Below, piece after piece: positions 48,800 to 58,833 of a DNA stretch of 64,000 bases. The translations under genes and the position numbers were made by a program. The stretch spans positions 3,827 to 67,826 of the forward strand of contig JABHDE010000077.1 of assembly GCA_018673215.1 (NCBI GenBank), written 5' to 3'. The notes beneath the pieces are model-generated. The model did no database searches. It was not told the DNA's origin and was given only the letters and a program-made list of their open reading frames with translations. Numbering within the stretch: position 1 is the first letter of the stretch; each line of letters opens with the position of its first letter. The DNA comes from Formosa sp. (GTDB taxonomy: Bacteria; Bacteroidota; Bacteroidia; Flavobacteriales; Flavobacteriaceae).

Positions 48800-50578
48800 A
48801 TGAATAAACAAATCCTTGTAGCGCTTGTTTCACTTATCACTGTAGCGATTCATTCACAAGAAACCGAAGAGAAAAGTAGTTTTAATAAAATTATAGAACG
48901 CCTCAATGTTAGTTTCGAGTCTAATTCACAATGGTATTTGAATGACGATGCTATTAAGGACTTTGATGAGGAAGAAAAATTAAGAGCAAATAGTTATTTA
49001 AGAATTGATTATCAAATTTCAGATCGGTTTTCTAGTGGATTTCAATTAGAAAGCTATGTACCAGAACCCCTGCTAAATTACAGTAGATTATTTGACAAAG
49101 AAATAGGACTAGGGACATTCTATCTTAATTATAGCAATAATAAACTAGACATTACTCTCGGACATTACTATGTTCAGTTTGGCAGTGGTCTTATTTTACG
49201 AGCTTGGGAAGACCGTGCTCTAGGCGTTAATAATGCTCTAAGAGGAGGTAAAATTGTTTATGACCCAACAAACTATTTGAGATTAACGGCACTTTACGGT
49301 AAACACCGTAAGGGTTTTGATGTTTCAGACTCCAATGTTTTTGGATTTGAAACTCAATTTGACATTGCAAATGCTTTTCAAATAGAAAGCCTTAATAGTT
49401 TAAAACTAGGACTGAGTTATGTAGGTAAACAAGAAGAATATAAAAGTGAAGCTTCAAATCCACAAACTACAATTGAAATTCCTGAGTTGGTAAATTCATT
49501 TGGAGCTCAACTTGATTTAGAATACAAAAATATATATACCAACTTTGAATACATATACAAAAGTGAAGATGTACGTCTTAATAATGTCATTCCAAATATA
49601 GTATCATTTTCAGAGCAAGTATTATTTGACGGAAATGCAATCACATGGAATATTGGTTATTCTCAAAAAGGATTTGGAATTGGCTCTACTTTTAGAAGAC
49701 TTGAAAATATGCGATTTTTCTCGGAAAGAAGTTTTCTAAACCTTAACAACAATCCAACAACACAACTGAGTATGAACTACTTGCCTGCGTTGACCAAACA
49801 ACATGATTATACACTTGCCAATATCTATATCTATCAATCCCAACCAGGGCTAGTTATTGAAAATTATGGCACTCCATTAATCAAATCTGGGGAGATTGGA
49901 GAGTCTATAGATGTGTTTTACAATATAAAAAAAGGCACTCTTTTTGGAGGTAAATACGGAACAAAACTAAGCGCAAATTGGGCATACTGGGCAAATCTAA
50001 CAAACAGTTATTCCGACCCTTCAGGAACACCATATTTTACAGGTGATGATTTAACTTATGAAACAGAATTATTGAATTTTGACGACAAACTTTATTCAGA
50101 AATCAATGCTGAAATTCGTAAAAAATGGTCTCCTAAATTAAAATCTATATTTACTTATATAAACCTAAGTTATAACAAAGGGTTTTTAGAATCTAAAGGG
50201 GCCGATGATTTTGTAAATGCTTGGATTGGGATTGCTGAAAGCACTTATAAATTTAAAGCGGGTAAATCCGTTAGACTGGAGTTACAGCATCTTTCTACAA
50301 ATGATGATGCTCGAAACTGGGCGGGGGGCACCATCGAGTATTTTTTTAATTCAAAATTTGGGGTATACCTTAATGACTCCTACAACTACGAGGAGAGTAA
50401 AATAACTGAAAATACTAAAATTCATTTTTTCAACCTAGGAGGGAGCTACACAAAAGGCTCCACGCGTGTGGGAATCAATTATGGACGCCAACGAGGAGGC
50501 TTGTTATGTGTTGGAGGAGTGTGTAGACCCGTGAGTAAAAACGCAGGACTAACCCTTAATTTAGTAGCTACTTTTTAA
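48800..50578 (+). CDS. DUF6029-like outer-membrane beta-barrel protein
   Basis: Signal peptide, alternating beta pattern, QFGSGL..R.WE.R.LG, YGRQRGGLLCVGGVCR, terminal Phe. Confidence 0.75.
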   Translation: MNKQILVALVSLITVAIHSQETEEKSSFNKIIERLNVSFESNSQWYLNDDAIKDFDEEEKLRANSYLRIDYQISDRFSSGFQLESYVPEPLLNYSRLFDKEIGLGTFYLNYSNNKLDITLGHYYVQFGSGLILRAWEDRALGVNNALRGGKIVYDPTNYLRLTALYGKHRKGFDVSDSNVFGFETQFDIANAFQIESLNSLKLGLSYVGKQEEYKSEASNPQTTIEIPELVNSFGAQLDLEYKNIYTNFEYIYKSEDVRLNNVIPNIVSFSEQVLFDGNAITWNIGYSQKGFGIGSTFRRLENMRFFSERSFLNLNNNPTTQLSMNYLPALTKQHDYTLANIYIYQSQPGLVIENYGTPLIKSGEIGESIDVFYNIKKGTLFGGKYGTKLSANWAYWANLTNSYSDPSGTPYFTGDDLTYETELLNFDDKLYSEINAEIRKKWSPKLKSIFTYINLSYNKGFLESKGADDFVNAWIGIAESTYKFKAGKSVRLELQHLSTNDDARNWAGGTIEYFFNSKFGVYLNDSYNYEESKITENTKIHFFNLGGSYTKGSTRVGINYGRQRGGLLCVGGVCRPVSKNAGLTLNLVATF

Positions 50579-50579
50579 A

Positions 50580-51212
50580 TTACTTGCCCTTGTATTTAAG
50601 TGGGAGATGTACTATTTTTTTGGTTTCAAAAAAATCTTCTTCAAAATAAGTACTTAAATCGTACAGAGTAGTTTTTGTGTAGAGCTTAAGCTCTTCTGTT
50701 AAATCACCGCCTTTAAGATATAGGATTCCGTTTTTGATTGAGTGTGTGTTTTTTTTAGCAACTCTATTTTTGACCCATCCCACAAAATCAGGCATATTGG
50801 TCACAGCACGACTTATAATAAAATCATAGTAACCTTTAATTGATTCGGCTCTGGCATGTGTGGTTTTGACATTATCCAAACCCAAACTTTGTGCAACACC
50901 ATTGACGACCTTTAATTTCTTGTTGATACTATCTACCAAATGAAATTTTACATCAGGAAATAAAATGGCTAACGGAATTCCTGGAAATCCACCTCCGGTC
51001 CCAATATCTAAAATTTGAGCCCCTGAATTAAACTGTATTAATTTTGCAATAGACAACGAATGAAGAACATGACGCAAATATAGCGCCTCAATATCTTTTC
51101 TGGAAATCACATTAATTTGCGAATTCCATTCTTCATACAATTCTTGCAATGCTTCAAACTGTTTGAGTTGAATTTCTGAAAGGTCAGGAAAATATTTCTG
51201 AATTAAAAGCAT
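50580..51212 (-). CDS. rsmG: 16S rRNA m7G527 methyltransferase
   Basis: WN..IN, RHVLHS, DIGTGGGFPGIPL, SRAV, LKG. Confidence 0.95.
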   Translation of the reverse strand: MLLIQKYFPDLSEIQLKQFEALQELYEEWNSQINVISRKDIEALYLRHVLHSLSIAKLIQFNSGAQILDIGTGGGFPGIPLAILFPDVKFHLVDSINKKLKVVNGVAQSLGLDNVKTTHARAESIKGYYDFIISRAVTNMPDFVGWVKNRVAKKNTHSIKNGILYLKGGDLTEELKLYTKTTLYDLSTYFEEDFFETKKIVHLPLKYKGK

Positions 51213-51292
51213 AACTTGGTAAGTTTTCTGCAAAAATAGCCATTAAAATGTTAAATGTTAAGAATTCTCTCGCTCTAAACTTTTTTATTATT

Positions 51293-51300
51293 TACATTTG
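51293..51300 (+). promoter_or_regulatory. -7 promoter element TACATTTG
   Basis: Exact match upstream of the desaturase. Confidence 0.5.
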
Positions 51301-51335
51301 ATTATTATTTTCCATCAAAATAACAATAACAACTC

Positions 51336-52436
51336 ATGACAAAATCAACCATCACATTTTCGAGAAAAGATTCTGCTAAGTTTTTTAAAACTTTAAACGG
51401 TCGAGTTAATAATTATTTTAAAGAAAATAAAATTAAACGCTCTGGAAACTGGAAACTTTGGACCAAAACCATTGTGATGTTTTCAATTTTTCTTGTGCCG
51501 TATTTTTTAATACTTACAATTAATATGCCTGGATGGCTCCAAATCCTATTTACAGTAGTGATGGGGGTTGGAATGGCCGGAGTTGGAATGAATGTTATGC
51601 ATGACGGAAATCATGGCTCATTTTCTAACAAGTCATGGGTCAATAACATTATGGGAGGGAGTATTTATATCCTTGCTGGCAATGTTTATAACTGGAAGGT
51701 TCAACACAATGTATTGCACCACACTTACACCAACATTCACGGACACGACGAAGATTTAGATGCAGGTCGTGTATTGCGATTCACCAAACACACAGAATGG
51801 AAACGTTACCATAAATTCCAACATATTTACTCGGTTTTACTGTATGGTTTACTAACTATTAATTGGGCAATTACTACCGATTTTCTACAGATGAAGCGGT
51901 ATATGAAGCGGAAACTTTCCTACGGAAAATTTCCAAATCCATTCTTAAACTGGAGCACACTCGTTATTTCAAAAGTAATTTACTTAGGTTTATGGATTGC
52001 ACTTCCAATGTTGATTTTGGATATTGCGTGGTATAAAGTTCTAATAGGTTTTTTCGTAATGCACTACACCGCAGGACTGATTCTCAGTATTGTTTTTCAA
52101 TTGGCTCATGTAATGGACGAAGCAGAAATGCCAATGCCAGAAACTGATGGCACAATGAAAAATACATGGGCAATTCACCAACTTAAAACAACAGTTAACT
52201 TTTCACCAAAAAACAGATTGATTAACTGGTTTACTGGAGGATTAAACCACCAAGTAGAACACCATATTTTTCCAAATATATCACATATTCACTACGGTAA
52301 AATTGCTGAAATTGTAAAGAAAACTGCACAAGAATTTAACTTACCTTATAACGAATTTGAAACCACACGAAAAGCAATCATAGCCCATTTTAAATACCTG
52401 AAAGAAATGGGCACAAAACCTTTACTACAAGCATAA
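51336..52436 (+). CDS. Membrane fatty acid desaturase
   Basis: His boxes HDGNH, HNVLHH, QVEHH. Confidence 0.92.
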   Translation: MTKSTITFSRKDSAKFFKTLNGRVNNYFKENKIKRSGNWKLWTKTIVMFSIFLVPYFLILTINMPGWLQILFTVVMGVGMAGVGMNVMHDGNHGSFSNKSWVNNIMGGSIYILAGNVYNWKVQHNVLHHTYTNIHGHDEDLDAGRVLRFTKHTEWKRYHKFQHIYSVLLYGLLTINWAITTDFLQMKRYMKRKLSYGKFPNPFLNWSTLVISKVIYLGLWIALPMLILDIAWYKVLIGFFVMHYTAGLILSIVFQLAHVMDEAEMPMPETDGTMKNTWAIHQLKTTVNFSPKNRLINWFTGGLNHQVEHHIFPNISHIHYGKIAEIVKKTAQEFNLPYNEFETTRKAIIAHFKYLKEMGTKPLLQA

Positions 52437-52446
52437 AAGAACAACA

Positions 52447-53634
52447 ATGAACCAATTACTTTCTGAAAGAATTTTAAATATGGCCACATCAGCCACACTA
52501 GCGATGGCGGCCAAAGCAAGAGAATTAAAAGCCGAAGGCAAAGACATTATAGGGTTGAGTTTGGGAGAGCCAGACTTTAATACTCCTGATTTCATCAAAA
52601 ATGCTGCCAAGATAGCCATCGACGAAAACTACAATTCATACACCCCAGTAGATGGATATGCGGAATTAAAGCAAGCCATCATCACCAAATTTAAACGTGA
52701 CAATAATATCAACTACCAGCCCTCTCAAATTGTGGTTTCTACAGGAGCAAAACAATGTTTGGCAAATGTAGCCTTGGTACTACTAAACAAAGGAGACGAA
52801 GTGATCTTACCTTGCCCATATTGGGTGAGCTACGCTGATATCGTTAAATTATCTGATGGTATTCCTGTTGAAGTAGTGACCTCTATTGAGAATGACTTTA
52901 AAATGACACCTCAGCAACTAGAGGCGGCTATTACACCAAACACTAAAATGATTTGGTTCAGCTCCCCTTGTAATCCAAGCGGATCTGTTTACAGCAAAAC
53001 CGAGCTTAGAGCTTTAGCAGATGTTTTAAAAAATCATCCTAATATTTATATCGTTTCTGATGAAATTTACGAGCATATCAATTTTATTGGTGGCCATGCA
53101 AGCATGGCTGAATTTGAGGACATGTATGACCGAACTATAACCGTTAACGGAGTCTCTAAAGCATTTGCAATGACAGGCTGGCGAATTGGTTTCCTTGGAG
53201 CTCCAGAAGCCATTGCACGCGCATGTAACAAAATGCAAGGACAAATTACAAGTGGTGCAAATTGTATTGCTCAACGTGCTGTAATTACAGCCTTAGAGGC
53301 ATCCCCTACGAAAGTTCAATATATGATTGACGAGTTTAAAGTGCGTCGCGATTTGATTCTCGGATTATTAAAAGATATTGATGGATTTACTTGCAATACG
53401 CCCGAAGGTGCTTTTTATGTATTCCCAGATGTCACTGCCTTTTTTGGCAAAACACTAAACGGGACACTTATTGAGAACGCTACAGACTTTTCTTTGTACT
53501 TGTTAGAAGCTGCTTTGGTGGCTACTGTTACAGGAGATGCGTTTGGAAATCCAAATTGTATCCGCATATCCTATGCAGCGTCTCAAGATCAAATTATCGA
53601 AGCAATCAGTCGTATCAAAAAAGCCGTAAGCTAG
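52447..53634 (+). CDS. Aspartate aminotransferase (class I PLP)
   Basis: GEPDF, PYWVSY, NPSG, SDEIY, SKAFAMTGWRIG. Confidence 0.92.
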   Translation: MNQLLSERILNMATSATLAMAAKARELKAEGKDIIGLSLGEPDFNTPDFIKNAAKIAIDENYNSYTPVDGYAELKQAIITKFKRDNNINYQPSQIVVSTGAKQCLANVALVLLNKGDEVILPCPYWVSYADIVKLSDGIPVEVVTSIENDFKMTPQQLEAAITPNTKMIWFSSPCNPSGSVYSKTELRALADVLKNHPNIYIVSDEIYEHINFIGGHASMAEFEDMYDRTITVNGVSKAFAMTGWRIGFLGAPEAIARACNKMQGQITSGANCIAQRAVITALEASPTKVQYMIDEFKVRRDLILGLLKDIDGFTCNTPEGAFYVFPDVTAFFGKTLNGTLIENATDFSLYLLEAALVATVTGDAFGNPNCIRISYAASQDQIIEAISRIKKAVS

Positions 53635-53647
53635 CTAAAAATTGTTT

Positions 53648-55144
53648 TTATCGATTTCTCCAGAAAAAAGGAGTAAATAAGATCAGAACTGTGAATAATT
53701 CTAATCTTCCAATCAGCATTAAAAATGCTGCCCACCATTTTCCGGCTGTAGGCATTGCAAAAAAGTTATGAGAAGGCCCGAACTCTCCAAGCGCAGGACC
53801 AACGTTCCCCAAGCTTGAAGCAGCTACTCCTACAGCAGATTGAAAATCGAGACCCAAAAGTGCAAATCCTAATGCCCCTACAATAAAGGATAGCATGTAG
53901 AGAATAAAAAAACCAAGTACATTAAATACAATGTCTCCAGAAACAGATTTATTGTTGTAACGAACAGGTAAAATCGCACTTGGATGTAATGAACGCTTAA
54001 ACTCTAAAAACCCATTTTTTAAAAGCAGTAAATGTCGTACTATTTTTACCCCACCTGAAGTACTCCCTGCAGATCCTCCAAGAAACATCAACCCAAAGAA
54101 AAACACTACTAATAGTGGTGACCATAAAGTAAAATCTGATGACACGAAACCAGTGGTTGTTAAAATTGCTACGACTTGAAAAAGTGCATGCCTAAAAGAC
54201 CCTTCGCCAACACCCCAAATCGCGGGATGAGTAAACGCTGAACTACTTTCTAAAAAAGTATTGAGATAAATAATTCCCCCTACAATAAGTGAAAAAAGGA
54301 TTGTCAATTTAAAATACAACTTAAATTCCTCGTCCCTTACTACTTTGCTTACATTTCCTTTAAACACGAAATAACTCAATACAAAATTAGTTCCTGCTAA
54401 GAACATAAAAAAGATGACTATGTACTGTATCAAAGGAGAATCATTCCAAAATGCCATACTCGCATTTTTAGTTGAAAAACCACCAGTTGAAAGAGTACTC
54501 ATAGAGTGATTAAGCGCATCAAAAAAGGACATACCCGCTAGGGATAAAAACAAAGTTTCGGCTGCTGTAAATCCAAAATAAATAAGCCACAATCGTTTGG
54601 CTGTATCTGTTATTCGTGGATGTAATTTATCGGCACTAGGCCCAGGAGCTTCTGCTGCAAAAAGCTGCATACCTCCAATTCCTAACAGTGGTAAAATCGC
54701 AATTGCTAATACAATAATTCCCATCCCCCCTATCCAATGAGTTAAGCTCCTCCAAAACAAGATGCCTCTGGGGAGTGACTCTATATCATTCAATATAGTA
54801 GAACCCGTTGTGGTATATCCTGAGATGGTTTCAAAAAAAGCATTTGTAAAATCAGGAATAACTCCGGTAAATAGATATGGAAGTGTCCCGGACAGGGTCA
54901 TCACAATCCAACCAAAAGTAACCACCAAATACCCCTCACGCTTGTTCATTTCTTTGGTGTGATCTCGAGTAAAAAACATAGCTAAGATTCCAAACAATAA
55001 CACAGAAATACCCGCTAGAAATAAACTAAAAGTCTCGCCATCTTTATAACAAAAACTTAAGAGAGCAGCTAACAACATAAAGCCCCCATTGAACAACAAT
55101 AAAAGACCAAAAAAGTGAAATATAATTTTATAATTGAGTTTCAT
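53648..55144 (-). CDS. trkH: Trk potassium uptake permease
   Basis: SGYTTTG, STGGFS, TTTGF, GSTSGG.K, LGNVGP, GRLE. Confidence 0.95.
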   Translation of the reverse strand: MKLNYKIIFHFFGLLLLFNGGFMLLAALLSFCYKDGETFSLFLAGISVLLFGILAMFFTRDHTKEMNKREGYLVVTFGWIVMTLSGTLPYLFTGVIPDFTNAFFETISGYTTTGSTILNDIESLPRGILFWRSLTHWIGGMGIIVLAIAILPLLGIGGMQLFAAEAPGPSADKLHPRITDTAKRLWLIYFGFTAAETLFLSLAGMSFFDALNHSMSTLSTGGFSTKNASMAFWNDSPLIQYIVIFFMFLAGTNFVLSYFVFKGNVSKVVRDEEFKLYFKLTILFSLIVGGIIYLNTFLESSSAFTHPAIWGVGEGSFRHALFQVVAILTTTGFVSSDFTLWSPLLVVFFFGLMFLGGSAGSTSGGVKIVRHLLLLKNGFLEFKRSLHPSAILPVRYNNKSVSGDIVFNVLGFFILYMLSFIVGALGFALLGLDFQSAVGVAASSLGNVGPALGEFGPSHNFFAMPTAGKWWAAFLMLIGRLELFTVLILFTPFFWRNR

Positions 55145-55156
55145 TAACAGGATGGG

Positions 55157-56503
55157 TTAGTAAAAGTAGCTCTCAATTTTTTTGATAGATTGAGGTAAGC
55201 AACAAACAACGACACGGTCGCCTGAAACGATTTTAAAATCTCCCAAGGCTATGAACCCTTCTTCATTTCTAATCACACCCCCAATAATCGCAGAGAGAGG
55301 AAATTCGATCTCTTTGATATACTGATCACATATCTTAGATGTCGGTTTCACTACAAACTCAAGCAGTTCTGCATCCAAATTGCTAAGTTTGGTCATTGCT
55401 ACTACATCTCCCTTTCGGATGTATCTAAAAATACTATTGGCAGCAAGAAGTTTTTTATTAATGAGCGTATCGACACCAATTGAATGTGATAGCTCGTAAT
55501 AATCCATGTTTTCAACCAATGCGATGGTTTTTTTAACCCCCTTTGATTTGGCTACTAAACACGACATAATATTAGTTTCAGAATTTCCAGTTACAGAAAT
55601 AAATGCATCCATATCTTTGATATTCTCCTCTTCTAAAAGTGCAACATTTCGACCGTCTCCATTAATCACCAAGGTGTTTGGAAGTTGTTCTGCTAAATCA
55701 AAAGCTCTATCTTTAAGTTTTTCGACAAGTTTAATATTGAAACTTTTAGAAAGATCACATGCAGTTTTAGATCCAATTTTACCCCCTCCTAAAATCATTA
55801 CGTCTTTAATTTCAGTTTTTTTCTTTCCTGTAAGTTTACAGAGTTCTTCATCACCTCCTTCGGAAGTGATAAAAACAACACGATCTCCGTCCTTAAAAAC
55901 AGTATCTCCTCGCGGAATTATGGTTTGATGCGATCCAGAACGCTGTATCACAATAGGAATAAAATGGATGTCAGAAAGCAATTGGGCTGCAACTTTTACA
56001 GATTTATTAATAATTTTAGCGTCTTTGGAAAGTGACAATCCAAGCATCGTTAGCGCACCTTGTTCAAATTCGTAAGTATCATTAAATACCGACTGACTCA
56101 GTAGTAGTTCAATTTCAGCCGCCGCCAAAGATTCAGGTGAAATAAGCTCATCTATACCAAATTTGGTGAAACCAACTTCGTCTTTATGATTTATAAATTC
56201 TGGGTTCGAAATTCTTGCGATAGTTCGTTTTGCACCCAATTGTTTGGCCAATACGCAAGCGGTGATATTGGAAGTCTCAGAAGAAGCTACAGAAATAAAT
56301 AAATCTGAATTTAAAATTCGTGCCTCTTTCAGTACAGAAATTGAGGTTGCATCTCCTCTAATAACTTTTATATCCAAATGGGTATCAGCAAATACGAGGC
56401 TCTCTTTGTTCAAATCAATAAGTGTGATCTCTTGTGATTCGTAAGACAAAAGCTTCGCTAAGTGAAACCCAACTTCACCTGCACCGGCTATAATAATTTT
56501 CAT
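55157..56503 (-). CDS. trkA: Trk potassium uptake NAD-binding subunit
   Basis: Tandem RCK domains with GAGEVG and GGGKIG. Confidence 0.95.
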   Translation of the reverse strand: MKIIIAGAGEVGFHLAKLLSYESQEITLIDLNKESLVFADTHLDIKVIRGDATSISVLKEARILNSDLFISVASSETSNITACVLAKQLGAKRTIARISNPEFINHKDEVGFTKFGIDELISPESLAAAEIELLLSQSVFNDTYEFEQGALTMLGLSLSKDAKIINKSVKVAAQLLSDIHFIPIVIQRSGSHQTIIPRGDTVFKDGDRVVFITSEGGDEELCKLTGKKKTEIKDVMILGGGKIGSKTACDLSKSFNIKLVEKLKDRAFDLAEQLPNTLVINGDGRNVALLEEENIKDMDAFISVTGNSETNIMSCLVAKSKGVKKTIALVENMDYYELSHSIGVDTLINKKLLAANSIFRYIRKGDVVAMTKLSNLDAELLEFVVKPTSKICDQYIKEIEFPLSAIIGGVIRNEEGFIALGDFKIVSGDRVVVCCLPQSIKKIESYFY

Positions 56504-56606
56504 TAATTATCAATTAAAAAGATGCTCAAATATACGTTATTTTTAGGGATTTGTTTATGAATTGTATTTCTTTGCATTGAAAATACTTAGAAAGGTCTCA
56601 CCACAT

Positions 56607-57338
56607 ATGTCTGAAAAAATTACTCCTTATAAAGATAGCGAACTTGGCAAAAAAGAACAAATCGCTCAAATGTTTGATACAATCTCAAATGAGTACGATG
56701 GATTAAATCGTGTCATATCCTTTGGAATTGATATTAAATGGCGAAACAAAGTCGTTCAACTTGTGGCTGATACACAGCCAAAGAATATTCTTGATATTGC
56801 TACGGGAACTGGCGATTTAGCTATTAATTTAACTCGGACCAATGCGGCCCAAATTATTGGATTGGACATTAGCGAGGGGATGCTGGAAGTGGGTCGGAAA
56901 AAAATATTAAATAAAGAATTACATAAAACTATTGATATGGTGTTCGGTGATTCTGAAAACCTTCCTTTTGATGACAGTACTTTTGATGCAATCACTGTTG
57001 CCTTTGGTGTTCGTAATTTTGAAAATCTTGAAGTTGGCTTAGCCGAAATATTGAGAGTTTTAAAACCTGGTGGGATATTTGTAGTTTTAGAAACGTCCGT
57101 ACCAACAAAGTTTCCTTTCAAACAAGGATATTATTTACACTCTAATGTTATTTTACCTCTAGTAGGAAAACTTTTTTCCAAAGACAAATCTGCATACACT
57201 TATTTGAGTAAATCCGCTTCTAAATTTCCTTATGGCAACGCTTTTAACAATATTTTGGATAAAACAGGGTTTATAAACTCGAAAGCCCTCCCGCAAACAT
57301 TTGGAGTTGCTACCATTTATACTGCAACAAAAAAATAA
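56607..57338 (+). CDS. ubiE: Demethylmenaquinone methyltransferase (UbiE/MenG)
   Basis: MFDTIS..YD..N, LDIATGTGD, FGVRN; start set at ATG 56607. Confidence 0.93.
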   Translation: MSEKITPYKDSELGKKEQIAQMFDTISNEYDGLNRVISFGIDIKWRNKVVQLVADTQPKNILDIATGTGDLAINLTRTNAAQIIGLDISEGMLEVGRKKILNKELHKTIDMVFGDSENLPFDDSTFDAITVAFGVRNFENLEVGLAEILRVLKPGGIFVVLETSVPTKFPFKQGYYLHSNVILPLVGKLFSKDKSAYTYLSKSASKFPYGNAFNNILDKTGFINSKALPQTFGVATIYTATKK

Positions 57339-57340
57339 TC

Positions 57341-58054
57341 ATGAAGCACGTTTTATCATTCTTTTTTATTTTATGTTCTGTTCAATTTTCGAGAGCACAG
57401 CTTCTAAGTAAAGAACGCGTTATAAATAATGAGAATTTTGACAAAGCACGTTTGTCCTATGGATATTATTTAGGATTTAACATTTATGATTATAATTTTG
57501 ACTATTACACTGACGTCAAAGACATTCAAGTAATGAAGTCTACTGGATTTAATGTAGGGCTTATTGGAAACGTTAGAATCAATGACTATGTAGATATTCG
57601 TCTTGAGCCAGGACTGGTAATTTCGAGGCGCGAATTAAACTACAGCCAAACTTATTTTACTGGAATTGCATTTGAAGACAAAGATCTTGTACGAGAAATT
57701 CAATCTACATTTATACACATCCCTTTGTTAGTAAAACTATCGTCAAAGAGAATTAACAATGTTAAGCCATTTGTAGTCGCTGGAATTTCAACGGCATTAA
57801 ACCTGTCGAGTCAACAAGACAATCCTGATGACAATAGTAAAAACGTTTTCAGGGTTACTAAAAATAATATGTATTATGAACTGGGTATTGGAATCGACCT
57901 TTACTTGACTTGGTTCAAGTTTACACCCTCAATTCGTGGGGTCTTTTCACTGCAAGATGAACTGGTGAAAGATATTGATCCTAACAGTCGATGGACTCGC
58001 TATATAGCTCAAATGCAGACACGTGGATTGTTTATCAACTTTACCTTTCAATAG
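57341..58054 (+). CDS. porT: T9SS outer-membrane protein PorT/SprT
   Basis: Signal peptide, small beta-barrel pattern (GF.VGL, R.EPGL, FKFTPSIRG); ubiE-porT-trmH order as recalled for Flavobacteria. Confidence 0.8.
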   Translation: MKHVLSFFFILCSVQFSRAQLLSKERVINNENFDKARLSYGYYLGFNIYDYNFDYYTDVKDIQVMKSTGFNVGLIGNVRINDYVDIRLEPGLVISRRELNYSQTYFTGIAFEDKDLVREIQSTFIHIPLLVKLSSKRINNVKPFVVAGISTALNLSSQQDNPDDNSKNVFRVTKNNMYYELGIGIDLYLTWFKFTPSIRGVFSLQDELVKDIDPNSRWTRYIAQMQTRGLFINFTFQ

Positions 58055-58772
58055 AATCTCTTTTAAATTCACTTAAAATAATTGCAGCTGCATTTGCAAC
58101 ATTAAGACTTTCTGTTTGCTGCAATTTTCCAAATCTGGGAATAGATAGACGCACGCGCATCAGGTCTTCTAACTCTTCGGAAATACCATTGGATTCATTG
58201 CCTAAAACAATCACAGCTGTTTTGGGTAGATTTTGCTCATAAATAGATTCACCATCCATAAATGTCCCCATACAATTTGAAGTGGCTGGTAAATTTTTTT
58301 TCAAATCAAAATACGAAATATTGACCCGCGTATGAGACCCCATACTTGCTTGCACTACTTTAGGGTTGTAGCAATCAACTGTATCTTCACTACATACTAA
58401 ATTCTCAATTCCAAACCAATCACATAGACGTATTATCGTTCCTATGTTTCCAGGGTCGTTAATGCCATCTAACGCAACTACTAAGGAAGACCAATCTACT
58501 TCAAGAGGTATTGGAATTTTAAAAGTGGCCAATACTGCATTAGGAGTGCTAAATCCACTGATTTTCGCAAGTTCTTTGGAATTGACTTTGGTAAACTTCT
58601 GCTTGTAATGAGAAAAACGATCGTCCACAGCAAAAATAGCATCTAGTTCGTAATCTGATTTTAAAAACTCTTCAACAACTTTAATGCCTTCAACAACAAA
58701 CAACTGATGTTGCATTCGAAACTTTTTTTGCTTCAAACTCGTGATTAACTTTATTTGGCTTTTCGTTAACAT
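58041..58772 (-). CDS. TrmH/SpoU family RNA methyltransferase
   Basis: DPGNIGTIIR, GNE..GIS, ESLNVA. Confidence 0.92.
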   Translation of the reverse strand: MLTKSQIKLITSLKQKKFRMQHQLFVVEGIKVVEEFLKSDYELDAIFAVDDRFSHYKQKFTKVNSKELAKISGFSTPNAVLATFKIPIPLEVDWSSLVVALDGINDPGNIGTIIRLCDWFGIENLVCSEDTVDCYNPKVVQASMGSHTRVNISYFDLKKNLPATSNCMGTFMDGESIYEQNLPKTAVIVLGNESNGISEELEDLMRVRLSIPRFGKLQQTESLNVANAAAIILSEFKRDSIER

Positions 58773-58782
58773 CTAAAAAACG

Positions 58783-58790
58783 TACTTTTG
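58783..58790 (+). promoter_or_regulatory. -7 promoter element TACTTTTG
   Basis: Exact match upstream of the Omp85 gene. Confidence 0.5.
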
Positions 58791-58833
58791 ATTATTATTA
58801 ATTTAGACAGTAAAGCTAAATTTTATTTATTGA

